A stretch of DNA of 63,431 nt, counting the filler, from Craspedostauros australis (Eukaryota): assembly GCA_030167865.1 (NCBI GenBank). It is 15 parts of 15 records of this genome, joined end to end, with 100 filler letters (N's around TTAATTAATTAA, not from the genome) between each part and the next. Parts side by side here need not be neighbours in the genome. Positions count along the whole stretch, not along the records: positions 14,023 to 44,527 come from JALAGF010001668.1; 14 more parts are not named here. One strand, written 5' to 3'. Made by a program: the position numbers and the translations under genes. Within the stretch, counting starts at the first letter, position 1. Each line of letters begins with the position of its first letter. This document shows, in pieces, positions 21,642 through 33,400 of the stretch. The notes under the pieces are model-generated. The model saw only the letters and a list, made by a program, of their open reading frames with translations, did no database searches and was not told where the DNA came from.

Positions 21642-24600
21642 AGTCATATGGTACTACCATGCATCGAAGCGGAATACACTACACCAAAGCACACTAGAGG
21701 AGAATAGAGCATCAGCACAAAATACTCTTAAGTCTCGCATTTACTTTCCTCATCATCACACACTCTACTGCAACGTGCATTCGGGATGATCTGCTATTAT
21801 TCAAGTGCGCAGCCGATACGCAACAGCCTTGGAGTACGACCTGCTCGCATGGCGGCCTTCAGACAAATCCGATGTGCGAACTTCTCGCCTCTGTCTCTCA
21901 TGATGAATCTTGCTGTCTTCACCCACGAATGCCATTGGCGTTCGCACGAACCGATGCTTGGACCTGTTGTCTATCCCGGACGACGAAAGAGGGATCCAGT
22001 GACGGAGACATGGCAATACACAACGCAACAACCGTTTCGGAAAACACGGCGCCGCAACATCCGTCCCATTGTCAATGAACACAGCCTGATCCAAGATACT
22101 CGAAGAGAGAGAGGCCACTTGGTTGTTTGTTTGAGGCCCAACAGGTGTTGACTTGTATTCACACATCCCATCGCTTCCTTGCTGTTTTGTCATGACGAAC
22201 TCCATCCAATCTGCTGTACCCGCCCGCTTTGGTGGAGTTCTGAGCAGGATACCCGTTGTGTCGCCCCATTTCAATCGATGCCTCAACTCTCTCTTGTTGC
22301 CGAGAGTGTGCTTTGCTCTATCACGTACCACCATCTTCATCATCGTCGTTGTCATCCCATGAATCGCCAGAATCTCCATCACAATAGTAATATTGCTATA
22401 CTCCATGCACAGGAGAGTACGCATGATGGAGGAAGAACAACAGAGTATTTACAGAGTTCCAACCTTGCTCCAATCGAGCGATGCCTTCCACCAAAAGCCT
22501 CCCAAGCGAGATTAACCCATACTGGACTATGACTCGACCCTGTTCTTACCAAGCAATGGCCACCACCATCGACCACTACCACATCCCACGCCTCCCTTAA
22601 ACACAACATGAACAAAACAACGTACCGTCATGTTCCAGTCACAACAAAAGCGCACATCTGACCAGCTATCTTGCCGTCGATGCGTTCCGTTCCCAGCACA
22701 CTTTGCCCACAAGGCACAATTACCTTCAATTCCACCAAGGGGACTCATCCTTGGGCGTTGTGAAGCAGACGCGTACGTATCAGGGGCCATTCAATTCCCC
22801 GTTTCAAACTTCGACCTTGATCGTACTTGCCCCTCACACCCACCCTTGTCCAACGATGCCGCGGCGGAATGACCAAGCCTCGCCCAAATAGCCGGACACT
22901 CGCCAAACGAATTCTGCTCCATGATATCAATACGAATGGACCATGATCACGAGGCTTATCCAAGACGCCAATAAGGCTGGTCCCGAACTCTCACGCTGTT
23001 CTTTGCGTTAAACGAAGGTTGGAACACGAGAAACATGGTGGTTTGTCATTCGTCTCATCCATGGACAAAGCTAACACATGCGATTTGTCGTCAGTGATAC
23101 CGGCGAGTCTGTCCGTCACCGGTCAATTCGCCATCGCCGAAATCGAGAACAGTACCGAAGGATCCGGTCTGGCCGTCGTCAGCATCACGCCAAATCTGAA
23201 AAACGGGATAGGCCATTGATGACAACTCACACCAAGGACACGCAAAGCGACACAACGCAAAGAACAGAGAAGGAGGGAGGCCAGACGTGTTTTTGTACTG
23301 CCACGCAAAAGCACGATGGTGCGACCAATCCCGAAAATGAAAAGCGCGGAACGTCGTTTGTTGGGAGGTTTGCAACAACGACACGGCTCCTCACAAACTG
23401 CACAGACAGCGAACTCACCACACAGCACAACGTGTCGCACATCTCAGACGTTGCACGACAAGAGTATGGCCTCATTCAATCAAGTACTGTGGATTCGGAT
23501 CTTGGTCTTCCTCTCCCTTGTTGCTGTTCTTCGCCCTGACCGATACTGCTTCTACTATACAAAATAAAGGTTACCAATCATCAATCATCAATCATCAACA
23601 ACACCGAGGGCACAACGACAACAAAGAATGAGAGAATACAGAGAACGAAGGAATGAGAAACGAAAGATCCAAAGGGTGTGACCAGAGGCCGGATGCACAT
23701 GTGCATGGCCAGCAGTACCAATTTCGATTCACACATGACTGCTGTGCAATACTCCAAGGCAATACCAATGCATCAACAACGAGAAGAGCAGCATCGGCGC
23801 CAAGAGAACAACAGGAATAGCAACAACACCAAACTCCAATCCTGGTTTCTTTTTGTGCCTCCAACCGCAACACATAGAGGAGCTGGGTGGAGCGGAGTCG
23901 CTGGCAAGGATCTTCTGGCATCCCTTGATCCGTGTGCACTGCATCTGCCCGATGGTGCAGATGCCTCTGTTGCGTTCGTGTGAGAGCGGCACCGATGACT
24001 GATGCTTCGAACCTTTCTCCCTGGCAACAAGATCGAAGAGGCTTGAGCGGTGTTCTGAAATGTTCTGTACCTTCCGTCCATGCGTGTCTGCGATGGCGCG
24101 GTTCCTGCTGTGGTTGGATCCTTGTCGGATCGTATTGGATCGTGTGGATCGTCCAGACGTTGTTCTGCATTCTCCCAATACCTGTCTCTCGCTCTCGCTC
24201 TCTGGCACTCCGTGCGGAGGCGCGCGGTGGAAAACAATCGGAAGCAGCCAGGACGAAATGGAAGAATCGCAAGTCTTGCAGCATCACATCACAGCACATC
24301 ACGTTTGCGGAGGATGATACAAATGCGATGTGCACGTCCGAACCACCAGCTCACGTCTCGCGAGAGATCATTCGCTGCCCCAACTGGCATGTATTTCATT
24401 ATTCCAGACAAGAGAACAGTCGCTGGTCTATCGATGCAGGATACTCCGTTGCGTTCGCCAAGGTTGAACACATTGGGGCAGTGTAGAGCGCAATGTGATG
24501 TTGACTGCGGTGTGCCGTGGCGCTCTGCAAGTACTCTGGTCTAGAATACTCTATTGATCTATTTTAGTTTGCATGGCACAGGTGCTCTGCATTGGCAGCT

Positions 24601-26042
24601 GACGTTTGTGCCAGAGCACTTCCCCAATGACCAGGATTGACATGAGACACGTTGCGGGTTCGATGCGACCACGGCGGTGCGAAAAGGAACAAGGAGGAGG
24701 AGAAGAAGAAGAAACAAGCCTCGCTACCAGCAGCTGCGTGGCGTGGTCGCACAGATCGACAGAGAGCGCGATACTCCAAACCACTTGGGGTGCGCAATGA
24801 GCGATACAGCATCGCCATCCTGCAGAAACGAATCAGAAACATTGACTCCATTTGGCGCTGAGGCAAGTTGCTGAGACGCAAGACGGAGACAGCAACTGCA
24901 TCTTTGATGGTCACGCGTCTTGCACTCTTGCAAGAGGCAAGGAGTGGGAGGAAATAGAAAAGCCCAATGATTCTGCCGCTCTCAGTATCAATACAAGGGT
25001 CGCAAGACGCTGGCAGGCAGCGGAAGTTCATGTGCAGGTAATCGTCATCGCAGGGTTGATTGCCTGGCGTTCATCGTTCTGCATTGAATTGCATTGCGAT
25101 GGCGGTATAGGGCAATGCACGGTGAATGAAATCGAACGAGACACAATAGGAATGAGACGCAGAAGTGAGTGAAAATGCCTGTGAAACAATGCAGAAGCCG
25201 AGCAACGCATCCCCGCCATGAGTGCGAGCACGAGTACTTTGGCGTCTGGTTTGTTTGTTTTGTTTGTTTGTTCTTCATTCAAGCCGCAGGTTTCTCCTCA
25301 CTGGAAGGTCAGACGGTAATTCCAATGGTATGCATTAATCACCAGAACAAACAAACAAATCAACCAACGCACCGCCTATCCACTCACTCATGCTGCTGTG
25401 AGGCATCATAGCAGGCGTCATCAGCATCTTCATCATCGCAACGTACCTTCGTCTGTGACACGGCTGCTCGGCTTTCCAGATGAAGTGGAGGTGACTCTGC
25501 ACGCGCCAATGAATTGATCCTGCCATGCACTTCCCTTCTGCGCATTAGATCATGTCATCCTCCGTTGTGTGAGTGTGTGCCTGCCGATACTCTCGTCGCA
25601 ACGGCTCATCGTGGGCATGGTTGAGGACCCCACCTCGTACTTGCATGGGATGTCACGCTGTGAGTGATTTGTTGTATCCGTCGTCAGGATCTCTGCGATG
25701 GGCGTTGATGTCGTGGATGTCGTTGTCGTTGTTGTTGATTTGTTGATTTTGGTGGTTGTGAATGCGTGATGTCTGACCGTCGCCCGAAAGAGTGTGTGAA
25801 TAATTTGTGTCGATGTGGTCAATGAATCGAGTGTCATTCCACAGTGATGTTTGAATCCCACGAAACCATGACGAAAGATACGCGGTGACGCATGATGCAG
25901 TTGCGGAACAAAAACAGCAATGGGAGCGCTGTGTTGCTGACTGCTTTGCTCTCCAGCCTCGTTTGCAGTATTATACAAGTACGAGCTGCACCGCACTTGA
26001 TCGTCGTTCGTGGTCACATGGTTGGAATGCATCTAGAGAGGG

Positions 26043-27200
26043 ATGACGGCGCTGACATCACACTCGTTCACGGCATCAATCAAGAGAGCAACACGGTGGC
26101 AGTCATGCATCCTCTCTTCGTTGTCCGCATCTGCTGATGTGACTGCTACTGCTACTGCTACAAGTACTGGTATGGGTGGATATACTGGTACAAGTGGAAG
26201 GGCAGGCACAAGTAGAAGCATAAGCACCAACACGAGTAGACGTGGGTGCAACTACCCGTATGGCGGAGGTCCTGTTCGGTCTGCACAGACAATGCAGCCA
26301 CCGATGGTCACGATGACGACGACGATGACAACGATGACGACGATGGCAACGACGATGACAACGACGATGACAACGATGATGGCCAAACGAACGATGGCTG
26401 GACACAACAAGTGGTCGAAGATCCGCCACAAGAAAGGCAAGAACGACGCCAACCGCGCGAAGCACCTGGGCAAGGCCAGCAAGGCGATCATCGTCGCCAG
26501 CAAGGCCTGCAACGGCGACGAGACCGACATGAGGCTGCAATCCGCCATCGCGCAGGCCAAGGCCATCCAGCTGCCCAAGGATCGCATCCACGACGCCATC
26601 CTCAAGGGCAGGGGCGGCACGTCGGCCGCGGAGGACCTGCACAGCGTGCGCTACGATGCGATGGTGCCGTTGGATGGTGTGCGCGTGGCATGCATCGTCA
26701 CGGCGCTCACCGACAACAAGAACCGCACCATGCCCAAGGTGCGAACGATCATCAGCAAGCTGGGCGGCGAGCTGCTGCAGACGAACACCAACGACTACGT
26801 CTTCCACCACGTCGGACAGATGCTCGTGCCCCACGTCGACGATGAAGATGACTTCATGCTCACGGCGCTCGAGGCCGGCGCCATCAATGTGGAGCCAGCC
26901 AGCGTTGACAACGATGACAATGATGACAATGATACGGACCAGGCAGAAAACGCATCGACAGCCATAGCTTCCACCTACGTTGTGACGACGGAGGATACGG
27001 AGCTGTTCCATGTGGTCAAGGCCCTGCGAGATGACCACGGATACGAGGTTACGGACTTCGAGCACTCCTACATACTTCAGGACCCGGAGCACGGTGGCGT
27101 GCAGCTTTCGGAGGCGGGCGTTGCTGAACTGGATGCCTTCCTCGACAAGTTGGACGACAATGAAGATGTTGCCAACGTCTATCACAACGTGGACAATTAG
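26043..27200 (+). CDS. yebC: YebC/PmpR/TACO1-family protein with N-terminal extension (probably organelle-targeted)
   Basis: Signature MAGHNKWSKIRHKKG.ND..R, A.A..LPKDRI..AI.KG, LTDNKNRT and C-terminal LDDNEDVANVYHN. The true start codon within 26043-26393 is uncertain. Confidence 0.92.
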   Translation: MTALTSHSFTASIKRATRWQSCILSSLSASADVTATATATSTGMGGYTGTSGRAGTSRSISTNTSRRGCNYPYGGGPVRSAQTMQPPMVTMTTTMTTMTTMATTMTTTMTTMMAKRTMAGHNKWSKIRHKKGKNDANRAKHLGKASKAIIVASKACNGDETDMRLQSAIAQAKAIQLPKDRIHDAILKGRGGTSAAEDLHSVRYDAMVPLDGVRVACIVTALTDNKNRTMPKVRTIISKLGGELLQTNTNDYVFHHVGQMLVPHVDDEDDFMLTALEAGAINVEPASVDNDDNDDNDTDQAENASTAIASTYVVTTEDTELFHVVKALRDDHGYEVTDFEHSYILQDPEHGGVQLSEAGVAELDAFLDKLDDNEDVANVYHNVDN

Positions 27201-27439
27201 AGAAAGAGAGAGCTAGACTGTGATGGGTGCTGTGCGTACATACGAGTGGACAGGAGGAAAGGACAAACGGCATATTTGAGCATCAGTGCTCACGTCTACG
27301 ATCTGTGCACTGCATTTGTATCAACAGAAGTCTGCTCTTTCCCGCTACGGTACTACTCTAGAGAGGATGCATGGCATACTGCATACCCGTGCTTTACTTT
27401 CTCCTTGTCTAATCTGTATGGCACGTGACTGCCTCTGCC

Positions 27440-30400
27440 TCAACTCTCGTCAACACCCTTCGCGTACCGCGCGCGGAATCCAATCGGCCGCCGTTTCTGG
27501 CGCTGGGTTTCCAGCAGACCCCGGTTGTAGCGCTGCAGGAAGGACAGTATGTTCCTCATCTCCTTCAATCGCAGAGCTGTCTCCGAGTTCGATGTCTCGT
27601 CCAGTGTGCCATTCGTCTGACGCAGTTTGTCGTCGACGGTGTCATGTTCGTCTCCGCCGTTGCCGTCGTTCCTGCTGTTGTGGGCACCAGAATTCGGGTC
27701 GCTCGTCGATACGTCGTTGCTGCACAGGATGTCCGTGGCGGCACGTTTGGCGGCGACGTCGGTAGCTGTGTGGTCAGGTGCGTTCACATTGGACGGATTC
27801 GCTGCTGTCGTGCTGGTCGTCCTGCTGGCGGTATGCAAGGATGCAAAGACTTCGTCGTCTGTTATCTTTCGGATCGGGGGATTCATTACCTTGATATGAT
27901 TCGAAGGCCGCGCCTCGGCCTCGATTGTGGATGGAAGAGAGCACAAGGTGCACGTCGTTTCGAACGGGCAGATCGGGATGAACGGTTCTTGGGTCGGATT
28001 CGCATCGAATATGATGGGACGCTTCCGCATCTCGAATCTGTCCTTCTCGAGATGGCGTTCCTCGTTCGTCATGCGCTTCAACCTGCGATTGTACTCCATC
28101 TCGATCAGATGGTTCTGGCTCTCCTCCTCGTGACGCTTCTTCTCGAGCTTCTCCTGATCTGCCAGACCTCTGTAGCTTCGAAGAATCGCCTTGTACCTTG
28201 TTGGGTTCTGCGCCGCCTCCTCATCATCCGTTTCCGTTGGTTCGGCCTCGATGAACTGTGCCAGGCGCTCGTTGACCGCATCTATCACTTCTGCGACTGT
28301 TGCAGTTGGCAGTGTGGCGGGGGAAGTTGTTTGCACTGGCAGCGCCATCTGTGGTGCTCCCGGCGACGTTGCAGATGGTGACGGTGTTTCTCGCGTGACT
28401 GGCTGTGCCACCTGTCGTCTTGCCTGTTGCTCTGCTGGCTGCGCCACTTGTTGTTCTGCTCGTTGCTCCGCGTGCTTTTCAGCGCGTTTTTCAACGTGTT
28501 GTTGTGTGTTTTGTTGCGCTGGTTGCTGTCCCGCTGGCTGTATTGCTTCCGCCGCCGGTGGTTGCGTCGTGTGTTGAGAATGACCCTGCCTTTCGGCTCC
28601 CTCTCCAGCATCAGTATTGGTTCCGTTGCTCGGAACTGGGCCTGCATGTTCCGCTGCGGATGATGAGTGGCTTTCTGTTTTGGTATCATTCCCTCTCACG
28701 GATACGGATACATCCTTGGCCGGAGCACCGGTCGTGGCAGCAGTAGCTGCTGCAGCTGCGACAGCCTGAATGACGTCGGCCAGAGTGGCTGCATCGATGG
28801 CTCCTGCCAGTGCATCGGTGTCATGACATGCCGATGGGCGATCACTGCTATCCTTCGGCTCTTCGATGATCTCGGATGCTGTTCTTTTGGGTGGGTTTAC
28901 TGTTGCGAGCACGCCATCTCGATTTGCTGCGTTGTCCACGCGGCATTTGGAGGAAGCGTCTTGACTGTCAACGCCTCGGCGATGCTCCTTTTCACGGCGA
29001 ATGGAATCAGGCATACCCCGCCTTTCAGTTTCCATGCTTGGATTATCTGAAATGTCCCATCCGCTCTCATTTGTCTTTTCTTGAGCTCCGCCGGCCTCAA
29101 AAAGTGACTTTCCTCGTGGATTCGGCGCACTTGTGGCGTCGCCGCCGACATTGCCATCAGTGGTTTCTATCGTTGTGCTTTCTGTGACGGTGTCCATTCT
29201 CTCTGCTGTGTGCGCGCTTGGATGGTTACTGGGACTCATACTCGCAGTACCACCGTCATTACTTCGATTGGCGGTGACGTCATCGTGGATACTAAGTGCG
29301 GCGGCAGCGGCGCTCAATGCTTCACCGTCAATGTCCTGAGGAACATCTCCTGCTATCGGGATGCTGGCAACATGCGTGACATCTTTGTGTTCGCCGCCAT
29401 CGTCGCCCTGCAGCAAACGGGCCACCCCCGTGCGCGTTTCTTCATTGTCGGTTCCACTTTTGGGATGCATGTTCAAGAGTTCCAACGTCCGTTTCATGAC
29501 ATGCTCGCACGACAGCTTTGGCCATACCTTTTTCACGGGAGGGCGCGCTTCGAGGCCTTTCGTGAGACTGGCATGCCCGGCTTGTTGGACACCGAAGCCG
29601 GACGTTCCCGAAACATCGCTATCGTCGTCACCGTCGTCGTCACCGTCGTCGTCACCGTCGTCGTCATCGCCCTCGATATCATCAATCTCCGCCTCAGATT
29701 CGGACTCCATCTCGCTGTCATCCTCATCGATCGACATTTCATCTTCACTGCTACTCGATGGTCTCAGCATAATGGCATCATTGCCATCACTGTCGCTGTC
29801 GCTATCACTGGCGTTGCCACTCCCGCTACCACTATCGTCGCTGCCGCTCCTAGCAGCTAATTCCAGTTCGCGCTCTCGTCTCAACCGAGCCTCTTCTGCG
29901 AGCGCTTTCTGCATGAGCTCCTCTTCGCTCGGGTGATTGATCAAGCCGTCGTTGAATGTCTGGATGAAATGAAGGGTCTGGAGCATCTCACGAAGCAGAC
30001 GGATGGATATGGTCCTCTGAACCCCCAGCAGCGCTGTTCGGCGACGGTGTTGGCTTGGTAGCTCCGCCATTTCAAGTTCGATCGCCCCTTCTGCATCCTC
30101 GTACAGACGTCGGAAGCCAGCTTCGTGAGTGTCCAGGCATGGCACATGCACCACCTGCGGCACTTCGTCGACGTCAGTTTCCGAGCAAATCTTGCATTCG
30201 CCTGGTGTCAAGCAATTGTGCATAGGTGGGTGATCGAACACGTATCCCTCTGGTTCGAACAGGATGGGCCGCAACGCCAAGTTGATCATGGCGCGATTCT
30301 CAAAGAGAGGAGGGTACATCTTCTGAGACGTATGCATCATCCTTCGGAATAGCTTCGCTTGCTGTGAGAGCAGGATGGGCATCTCGTGACCGCCCCCAGA

Positions 30401-33400
30401 CCGAGTGCTGTTGCGCTGCCGCTGCCGCTGCGAGCTTCCCTCTGAGTATCTCGTCAAAGGCATTGCATCTTCAACTTCCATCCCTGCCTCCGCTGTCTGA
30501 CGACCTCGACCGCCCTTGACAATGTACGGCGATGGCTTGGCATACGCTGCTGCGAGCTCACCATCGCTCAGCTTATGCTCTTCCTCTGTTATCTTGGATG
30601 TGGTGACGGATGACAGAATCGATCCCACCGTGTCGATCGCTGCTGGCAGCGTGCCGCAGCCTTGGATGGAAATAAAGCCGGCGTACAAACGCTGGAGGCC
30701 ATGGAAGTCGCTGATCAAGCCCAGATGGCCCAAGTTGACCCAATTGGAAGCAGATGTGGAATTCTCGTCGTCGCCTTCTTCCGGCGCCGATGGATCAACG
30801 AGGACTTTGGACACCAACGTTGTGTGGAACGTATCAATCTTCTTTGGTCGTATGGCAACCTTCTTCCTCCTTGTTTCCGTTGAGACCATGACCCCCGCGT
30901 GATTTGCGGACGGGTGTTCTCTTTTTCGTTTCCCTACTTGTGGCGATAGCTGTGGCGGTGGCGATGACTGGAACGTTTGCGGTAGCACAATCTCGTGCAT
31001 GTCTTCTCCCATGCTCTGTTCCGTCCCTTCCTGGGAACTGTCCTCAATTATCTCTTGTTCACTCTCGTCTTCGCTCTTCTGTGTGCTTTCCTGCGCGGCG
31101 ATATGGGTTTCTTTCTCGTTCTCTTCCTCTTCCTCCTCATCATCAGTGTCCACCAACGCAGTTTCATGCATGGTCTCCACCCGCCTTGGCGCTTTTGCTG
31201 TTTTTGCCGCCGTTGGCAATAGCGACGGTTTCGACGTTGGCGGCGCTTGTGTCGGCGGTGCTGGAGTTGGTGCTCGCAAAGACACTGGCTGAATCGTTGG
31301 CAACGATGGCCACTTCGGCAGTGCTGCCACCGACTTCAGCGTTGGTTCTGTCATAGATGTGGTGGCAGCAGATGGCGCTGATTTCCTTGATGCTGGACAA
31401 GACGCCTTTGCGCTGAGCAGATCTGCCGCGGCTGCTGGCTGGATCGTCTGTCGTGCCGGCATTCCCATGTGCTGTCGCTGCTGTTGCTGCTGTTGATGTA
31501 CGTGCGATGCCGAAAGTCTGGCTGGTGGCAGCGGTCGTGTTGGCACTGGGCGGTGTATTTGCGTGGTGGTAGGAGGTACCTGTGATATCGGTGATGGGGT
31601 TGGTGGTCCGGCTGGCTGCGACTGTGCTGCACCTCGCTTCAATGCTGCTGCACCTGCGGCAGCGGCCACTGCCAACCTGGCTGGAAGCGCATTCCTTGCT
31701 TGTTGATTCACTGCGGCAAGTGCTTGATCTCTTCGATCGATGCCCTGGGGTGATGGCCAGGAGTAGCTTCTGTGCTGCGATCCCACGAATGGTTCCGACC
31801 CAGCAGCTCCGTACTCTCTTCCCGTCAGTGCTGGTGACGGTGTGTTTTGCGAAAACTGAGGATTGGCTCCACGCTGGGCTACCGTCTTCCCGCTCGCCGA
31901 ATAGCCATGATGCTGAGTTGCTTGGCGAATAGCTGCTGCATGTGACGAGTCCGACGCCTCCGCCGACCCTGGCAGCACACCGTCAACGAAATGTCTGCCG
32001 CGAAGATGATTCTGTGAAACGTTACCTGGTACAGGCGCGTGCGTGCGCGGAGTGTACGAGGCGTTATTCTGTTCCCGGTGCCCAATGCTGCCATGATTGT
32101 ATTGATACACCATCCTGTTGTTATTCGCAAGATCTCTCGCAAAATGGTGCAGCTTGTTCAGGTACTCGTTGCCTGGAGCTCCCGGCATGCGTCCAGTCGG
32201 ATTGGTATTCTGATGGACCAAGCCCTGCATGCTCGTAGCATGTGACGGTGCTGTTCTCGCGGCGTTGTAGCTGTTGAGCGTAGCTTGGTTGATGCTCGCA
32301 TTGGCATTTCCATTGGCACTAACACTTGCAGCAGCAGCAGGGTTGACAGCAGCTTTTGCAGGTGCATTGACATTGGCACGTATGTCGGTGCGATTTTGTT
32401 GCTGTATATCGTGACGGCGGGTGTCATTGCTGTTGCCGTTGCTGCTGTTGCCGTTCCCGTTGTTTGCGTTGCTGACTGGTGTGGCGTTGCTTCGATACCC
32501 CAGCACTGGCTGGGTTCCAGGAAAAGCATGGCTGTTGGGAACGGTTGCGGGTTGTCCGAGATGGGGCCGGTCATTTCTTTGCAGCGATAGGCCACGTGCC
32601 CGTTCCTCCGAAGAAACGAGCAGATATTGCTCAATTTCTGGTTCGAGACGAACGAAAGGATCGGCGCCGTGCTCATTCCGCAATTGGCGCCCATGCTGCG
32701 TGCGTTGCGCAGGATGTACTCGTTGCGCTTGTTGCGCTTGCTGTAGTTGATGTGCATGCTGTAGTTGATGCGCACGTTGTATTTGTTGCGCATGCTGGGC
32801 TTGTTGTGATCGCTGCAATTGCTGGGCTTGTTGTGGATTCGGTATCATCATGTTTGGAAAGAACGAGCTTTGCATTGCTGCGTTACGGTCCGCGTTGGGA
32901 TGCAGAGCGAGCATCCGCGCTTGCGTTGCTGGCGACAAGTGAATGTACGGATTAGGATGGACGGGCTGCCTTTGTTCAGCCCGATCTGTCGGATTGTCTC
33001 TCTTGAACGCGTCCTGCGGAGGATATCGAAAGCGACGACGTGAAAGCTCCAGGAGATGCTCTGCGTTCATCCTGCTGCTGGGAGAAGCCGTGGCTGCCAA
33101 CGTCGCGATCCCATTGCCATGGCGAATTTGCTGGTTCACATGCATTGATGCCTGCTGAGCAGCATGAGCAGCGATAGATTCCAAGCAACTTTGAAAGTTG
33201 TGGTTGGTCATGCTGCTTTGGCTTGAAGCCGCATTCGTATTCCTCGGTGTTGCGCTCGCCTTGCTTGACACTTTTTGCGATGCCGACTTCTTTGTTTTCT
33301 TTACCCTTTGCTTTTTGGCAGAAGCTCCGTCCTTTTTGGGGCTCCGCTTCTTTTCAAGCTTTACTACATCCTTGCTGCTGGTTGAGGGCTTTGTTTGAGC

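Noticed and set aside
21700..26000. Many short ORFs in a 4-kb interval
   Set aside because: No recognisable motifs or consistent exon chain. A spliced gene cannot be excluded but is not supportable.
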